From Octopus vulgaris (taxonomy: Eukaryota), in contig OX597842.1 of NCBI GenBank assembly GCA_951406725.2, forward strand, positions 19,902,001-19,966,000: a stretch of DNA of 64,000 bases, written 5' to 3'. The notes beneath the pieces are model-generated. The model made no database searches and was not told the origin of the DNA. It saw only the letters and a list, made by a program, of their open reading frames with translations. Shown one piece after another: positions 61,290 to 64,000 of this stretch. Every line of letters starts with the position of its first letter. The stretch's first letter is position 1. Both the position numbers and the translations under genes were made by a program.

Positions 61290-63854
61290 TTCGACGCTTC
61301 TGCAGCCAAAGCCGAAAGATTTCCAGACGTAATTCTTCAGTTTGGGTAAACAACGTCAGTCACTGACACAAACTTCTCTTATGGCACCGACGAAGAGGCG
61401 GTACTACTTGAGTATAGACGTCGCGCATCCGCACAAGCTAGTCATGACTAGTTGATCCATACTTTGAGTTTTATTGACTTTGATTTTAAAAAATTCACTA
61501 ACACTAACCCTGACCCTACTTTTAGCCTTTCGTCATTTTTTCTTCATTGATAAATTAATTTAATTGTTACGCGTGTGTCTAAAATTAATCGTTTTGTTTT
61601 GAGACTCACGTGTATTGTTTAAACTATTTTCCATTGCTTAAGAAAGAAAAAAACCCAAAGCAATGGAAAATAATTTGGTTAATATAGGGCGTTACGATTA
61701 TCAGAAAATCAAAAAAAAAATGTGTGTAATAGGTGTAAAACAACTTCCTATGAACGAATAGGAAAAAAAAAATTCGCGCACACGAAAGGGGGGTGGGGGA
61801 GAGGCCTCGGAAAATTCACATCGGGAAGTTCCGAAAGTGTCTGAGGAGCTGACCCGGGCACCAAAACAAAAAAAAAATAGTGTAATATGTGTAAAACAAC
61901 TTGCTCTAAACGAATATGAAAAAAAAAATGCGCGCTCGCGAAAGGGGGTGGGGGAGAGGCTTCGGAAATTTCACATCTTCAGTCCACGGCCTTTAAACTA
62001 AGAAAAAATAGTGTAATTGGTGTAAAACTACTTGTTCTAAACGAGTATCAAGAACACACACTCACACATGAATCATAAACTCCGTATTTCGCAAAAAAAA
62101 AAAATAAAGAGAAGAAATTCTGGAAAAAGTGAAGAAATGTTGGATCTCATTCCTTGGTTAAAGCTATTTTAAACATTAAATTTATGCTTTTCTTTGAAAT
62201 AGTTCAGATATATGCAATTCTTCTCACTTATTAAGATGCATTTATCAGAAAAAAAGAGACAGAAAAAATTATTATTTTGTGTCAATCCTTCCCTAATTAT
62301 CCTTTATTAATTAGTTTTGGCGTGTATTTTTTTCCCAAATTTATTTTTTCACCTTTACAACACTGTTTAGTAAAGCAATTAATTATCTTTATAATTTGCA
62401 TATTTGACTTATTAATCAAAATTCTCTAGATGTAATATATACTAAGTAATGCATCCTTCATTTATGTGTTCCGTTCTGTATTATGCATGCGTGACTGTTT
62501 GTATGTAAGTGTGTTTAACTGTGCACATGAATGTGAATATTAAAGAACATATTTATTTACTATGATTGTTATTTTCAGAACAAATAAATCTTTTGGCTGT
62601 TATGTTATTGATGTTATTATTATTGCTAGTTAAAGGGCGGTGACTTGGCTGAATATTTTGAGTCTTGTAGTATGTAGTTGTGTTAGTCAATATTCTGAGT
62701 TCAAATCCAACTCATTTCTTTATCATCATTATCGATGGACCACTCAAAGAGGTATGTATACATTATCATTTTCGTAACATAATTTCTGTAGTATTTCAAG
62801 ATGTTTCTGACACGTATTTTGATTCACATGGCGGAGATCCAACATTTCTTCACTTTTTCCAGAATTTCTTCTCTTTATTTTATTTTTTTTTTGCGAAATA
62901 TGATTTTATGATTCATGTGTGAGTGTGTGTTCTTGATACTCGTTTAGAACAAGTAGTTTTACACCAATTACACTATTTTGTTCTTAGTTTAAAACTAAAG
63001 ATGTGAAATTTCCGAAAGATGTGAAATTTCCGAAGCCTCTCCCCCACCCCCTATCGCGAGCGCGCATTTTTTTCATGATAGTCGTTTAGAGCAAGTTGTT
63101 TTACACCTATTACGCTGTTTTTGTTTTTGTTTTTGTGCCCGGTTCAGACGCTTTCGGAAATTCCCGATATAAATTTTCCGAGGCCTCTCCCCCACCCCCC
63201 TTTCGCGAGCGCGCATTTTTTTTTTTCATATTCGTTTAGAGCAAGTTGTTTTACACATATTACACTATTTTTTTTTTGTTTTGGTGCCCGGGTCAGCTCC
63301 TCAGACACTTTCGGAACTTCCCGATGTGAATTTTCCGAGGCCTCTCCCCCACCCCCTTTCGCGTGCGCGAATTTTTTTTTTCATATTCGTTCATAGGAAG
63401 TTGTTTTACACCTATTACACACATTTTTTTTTTGATTTTCTGATAATCGTAACGCCCTATATTAACCAAATTATTTTCCATTGCTTTGGGTTTTTTTCTT
63501 TCTTAAGCAATGGAAAATAGTTTAAACAATACACGTGAGTCTCAAAACAAACCGAATAATTTTAGACACACGCGTAACAATTAAATTAATTTATCAATGA
63601 AGAAAAAATGACGAAAGGCTAAAAGTAGGGTCAGGGTTAGTGTTAGTGAATTTTTTAAAATCAAAGTAAATAAAACTCAAAGTATGGATCGACTAGTCAT
63701 GACTAGCTTGTGCGGATGCGCGACGTCTATACTCAAGTAGTACCGCCTCTTCGTCGGTGCCATAAGAGAAGTTTGTGTCAGTGAATGAGGTCGTTTACCA
63801 AATCTGAAGAATTACGTCTGGAAATCTTTCGGCTTTGGCTGCAGAAGCGTCGAA
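61290..63854. repeat. Large inverted duplication (arms 61290-62148 and 62834-63854, ~685-bp spacer) containing a GGTACTAC-family element
   Basis: TTCGACGCTTCTGCAGCC...TGTTGGATCTC mirrored almost base for base; the right arm has one extra internal unit. Confidence 0.9.
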
Positions 63855-64000
63855 CACTTTTAAACTTCGTATACTGGTAGAATGTGACAAAATAAAACAT
63901 TTTTATACCCAAATCTTTTAAGAGCCTCGTCTGCCCTGCCCAACATTGGAATTTAAAAACACTTACCCGAGAACAAGTATTCCAGTAACGACGACGTAGC

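Overview
AT-rich, repeat-saturated eukaryotic DNA. The tRNA-derived SINE families, giant (TA)/(CA) microsatellites and single-exon C2H2 arrays suggest a cephalopod, probably Octopus (inference). Host-gene content is an orphan divergent histone pair (complete H2B ORF, 5'-truncated H2A), two paralogous C2H2 zinc-finger genes (8 and 21+ fingers), and a four-exon candidate gene read by hand (signal peptide, micro-exon, divergent Ig-like domain, TM/GPI-like tail) on the minus strand at 52.9-59.1 kb. Mobile DNA includes a compact, near-intact, GC-rich Ty3/Gypsy LTR retrotransposon (13277-17458, GAGTG TSD), Tx1/L1, RTE and CR1-like LINE fragments, a decayed piggyBac, MITEs, Helitrons and Penelope-type hammerhead-bearing inverted repeats. 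The strongest leads: (1) the LTR element has no TGG primer-binding site; its LTR is followed by a 12/12 complement of the 5' end of tRNA-Phe; (2) a Tx1-clade LINE ends 20 nt upstream of the H2B ATG and replaces the shared H2A/H2B promoter, as expected of a histone-targeting element; (3) a SINE family shares that Tx1 3' tail; (4) the Ig-TM candidate has an in-frame UGA at the end of its hydrophobic segment; (5) hammerhead ribozyme copies show covarying stems. All calls are by eye; no searches were run.
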